Source: Mustelus asterias (taxonomy: Eukaryota). From it: a stretch of 64,000 bases of DNA. The DNA is taken from positions 1,798,001 to 1,862,000 of the forward strand of contig NC_135808.1 of assembly GCF_964213995.1 (NCBI RefSeq), given 5' to 3'. Below are positions 62,168-64,000 of the stretch, piece by piece. The first letter of the stretch is position 1; each line of letters starts with the position of its first letter. A program made the position numbers and the translations under genes. Under the pieces are notes generated by a model. That model was not told where the DNA came from. It worked only from the letters and a program-made list of their open reading frames with translations, and made no database searches.

Positions 62168-62990
62168 TGTGTGCATTTNNNNNNNNNNNNNNNNNNNNNN
62201 NNNNNNNNNNNNNNNNNNNNNNNNNNNNNNNNNNNNNNNNNNNNNNNNNNNNNNNNNNNNNNNNNNNNNNNNNNNNNNNNNNNNNNNNNNNNNNNNNNNN
62301 NNNNNNNNNNTGCATGTTTGTGTGCGTGTTTCTGTGTGAATGTGTGTGTGTGCTTTTTGTATGTTTGTATGTATGAGTTTTTGTGTTTGTTTCTGCGTAT
62401 TTCTGTGTATGTGTTTGTGTGTGCGTGTTTCTGTGTATGTGTTTGTGTGTGTTTGTGTGTGCGTGCTTCTGTGTACGTGCTTGTGTGTNNNNNNNNNNNN
62501 NNNNNNNNNNNNNNNNNNNNNNNNNNNNNNNNNNNNNNNNNNNNNNNNNNNNNNNNNNNNNNNNNNNNNNNNNNNNNNNNNNNNNNNNNNNNNNNNNNNN
62601 NNNNNNNNNNNNNNNNNNNNNNNNNNNNNNNNNNNNNNNNNNNNNNNNNNNNNNNNNNNNNNNNNNNNNNNNNNNNNNNNNNNNNTGTCTGTGTGTTTCT
62701 GTGGGAATTTGCGTGCCTGCGTGTTTGTGTGCGTGTGTTTCTGTATGAATGTGTGTGTTTTTGTATGTTTGCGTGAGTTTTTGTGTTTCTGTGTGCGTGT
62801 TTGTGTGTGTTTGTGTGGTGCATGTTCCTGTATGAATGTGTGTTTGTGTGTGTGTTTCTGTATGGATATGCATGCGTGTTTGCGTGGTGTGTGTTTATGT
62901 CTGAATATGTGTGCATGTTTGTGTGTGTATTTCTGTAAGCGTGTTTGTGTGTGCGTGTTTCTGTATGCGTGTTTGTGCGTGTGTGTTAAA
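62168..62990. repeat. Degenerate (TG)n microsatellite with assembly gaps
   Basis: TG-rich low-complexity run with two N blocks. Confidence 0.95.
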
Positions 62991-64000
62991 TTAATTTAAA
63001 TATTAACAAAAGAAAATAAAAATTAAACACAAGATCAAAGTTAAAATTAGCTTTCCAGAACATTTATCCCAAAAGGATCTCCTCACAATAAGCATCCCAT
63101 TAGTTAGCACAGATACTGGCCCTATTATAAATTCCATCAATATTACCACTGATGCTGTCGGGTTGGTAAGTCCCTTCCACCCACTCTGCTGTGGAAATTT
63201 AAAAAAAACCTCAAAACAAGCCTTGCTTTCTGAAAACAATAGACAGGTTTGTGAGTTGGCTGAAGCAGCCTCACTTTCCTTCCCCACAGTTCCAGCATCG
63301 AGCACACTCCAGGAGCTTTCACCTGGTGACTCCCAATACAGCTGTCACATTTTCCCCTCAGTAAACTTTCTCCTCTTCCATCTTCGAATCCAATGTTCAA
63401 AACCGGTTTCTAAAATGTAACCGTCTCAGGATATCGGGCGGCTTTTACAGCCGTGTTCGTACCAAAACCATCAAATCCCACCCAAGGCCAACGGACATTT
63501 CCATTGTCCACCCCTCGCCCGCTCTGATTCCCGTGGAGGGCCAGACGGTAAAATTCCGGCAGTCACATATTTTATGTTTTCCCTGCAGCTCCGTCTTTTG
63601 GGTAACTTAATAACTTTGTCTTAATTATTTATAATCTTTTCGAACATGTAAACGGCACGGTGGCACAGTGGTTAGCACTGCTACCTCATAGTGCCAGGGA
63701 CTCGGGTTCAATTCCAGCCTCGGGTCACTGTCTGTGTGGAGTTTGCACATTCTCCCCGTGTCTGCGTGGGTTTCCTCCGGTTTCCTCGCACAGTCTGAAA
63801 GACATACTGGTTAGGTTGATTGGCAATGATAAATTCTCCCTTAGTGTCAGGGGGATTGGCAGGGTAAATGCGTGGGGTTACGGGAAGAGAGCCTGGGTGG
63901 GATTGTGGTCGGTGCAGACTCGATGGGCCGAATGGCCTCCTTCTGCACTGTAAGGATTCTATGAACCCTTTTTTTAACTTTTCTTTTAAATTGAACAACT

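Noticed and set aside
57265-64000. Transmembrane exon for the Ig-like gene
   Set aside because: No acceptor-flanked hydrophobic CART-like exon found. Hydrophobic ORFs at 62020-62999 are TG microsatellite. The N gaps and sequence beyond the window cannot be excluded.

Overview
Repeat-rich vertebrate genomic DNA, almost certainly from an elasmobranch (shark), judged by abundant HE1-type V-SINEs, CR1 LINEs, Rex1/Babar-like LINE fragments and Penelope remnants. Two spliced genes lie head-to-head, with ATGs about 8.3 kb apart. (1) Minus strand: a complete 6-exon RING/B-box/coiled-coil/PRY-SPRY TRIM gene, 36796->12589, 496 aa, TRIM69/A33/nuclear-factor-7-like. (2) Plus strand: an antibody-like gene, leader (45097-45133) + one exon holding a complete V domain with its J-like G strand (49532-49909) + three C1-set constant exons (52794-53111, 55332-55652, 56942-57260), about 458 aa. 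It has no RSS, no D/J segments and no transmembrane exon, and carries one unpaired Cys in the J-like GxG motif. This architecture matches what I recall of the non-rearranging, secreted, MHC-linked shark immunoglobulin UrIg; the identity is inferred from architecture, not from an alignment. Secondary observations are a hepatocyte-type TF-site cluster between the genes, Penelope-type minimal hammerhead ribozyme motifs in the putative last Ig intron, and tandem arrays grown out of SINE sub-segments. Most short ORFs in the track are retroelement or microsatellite noise.
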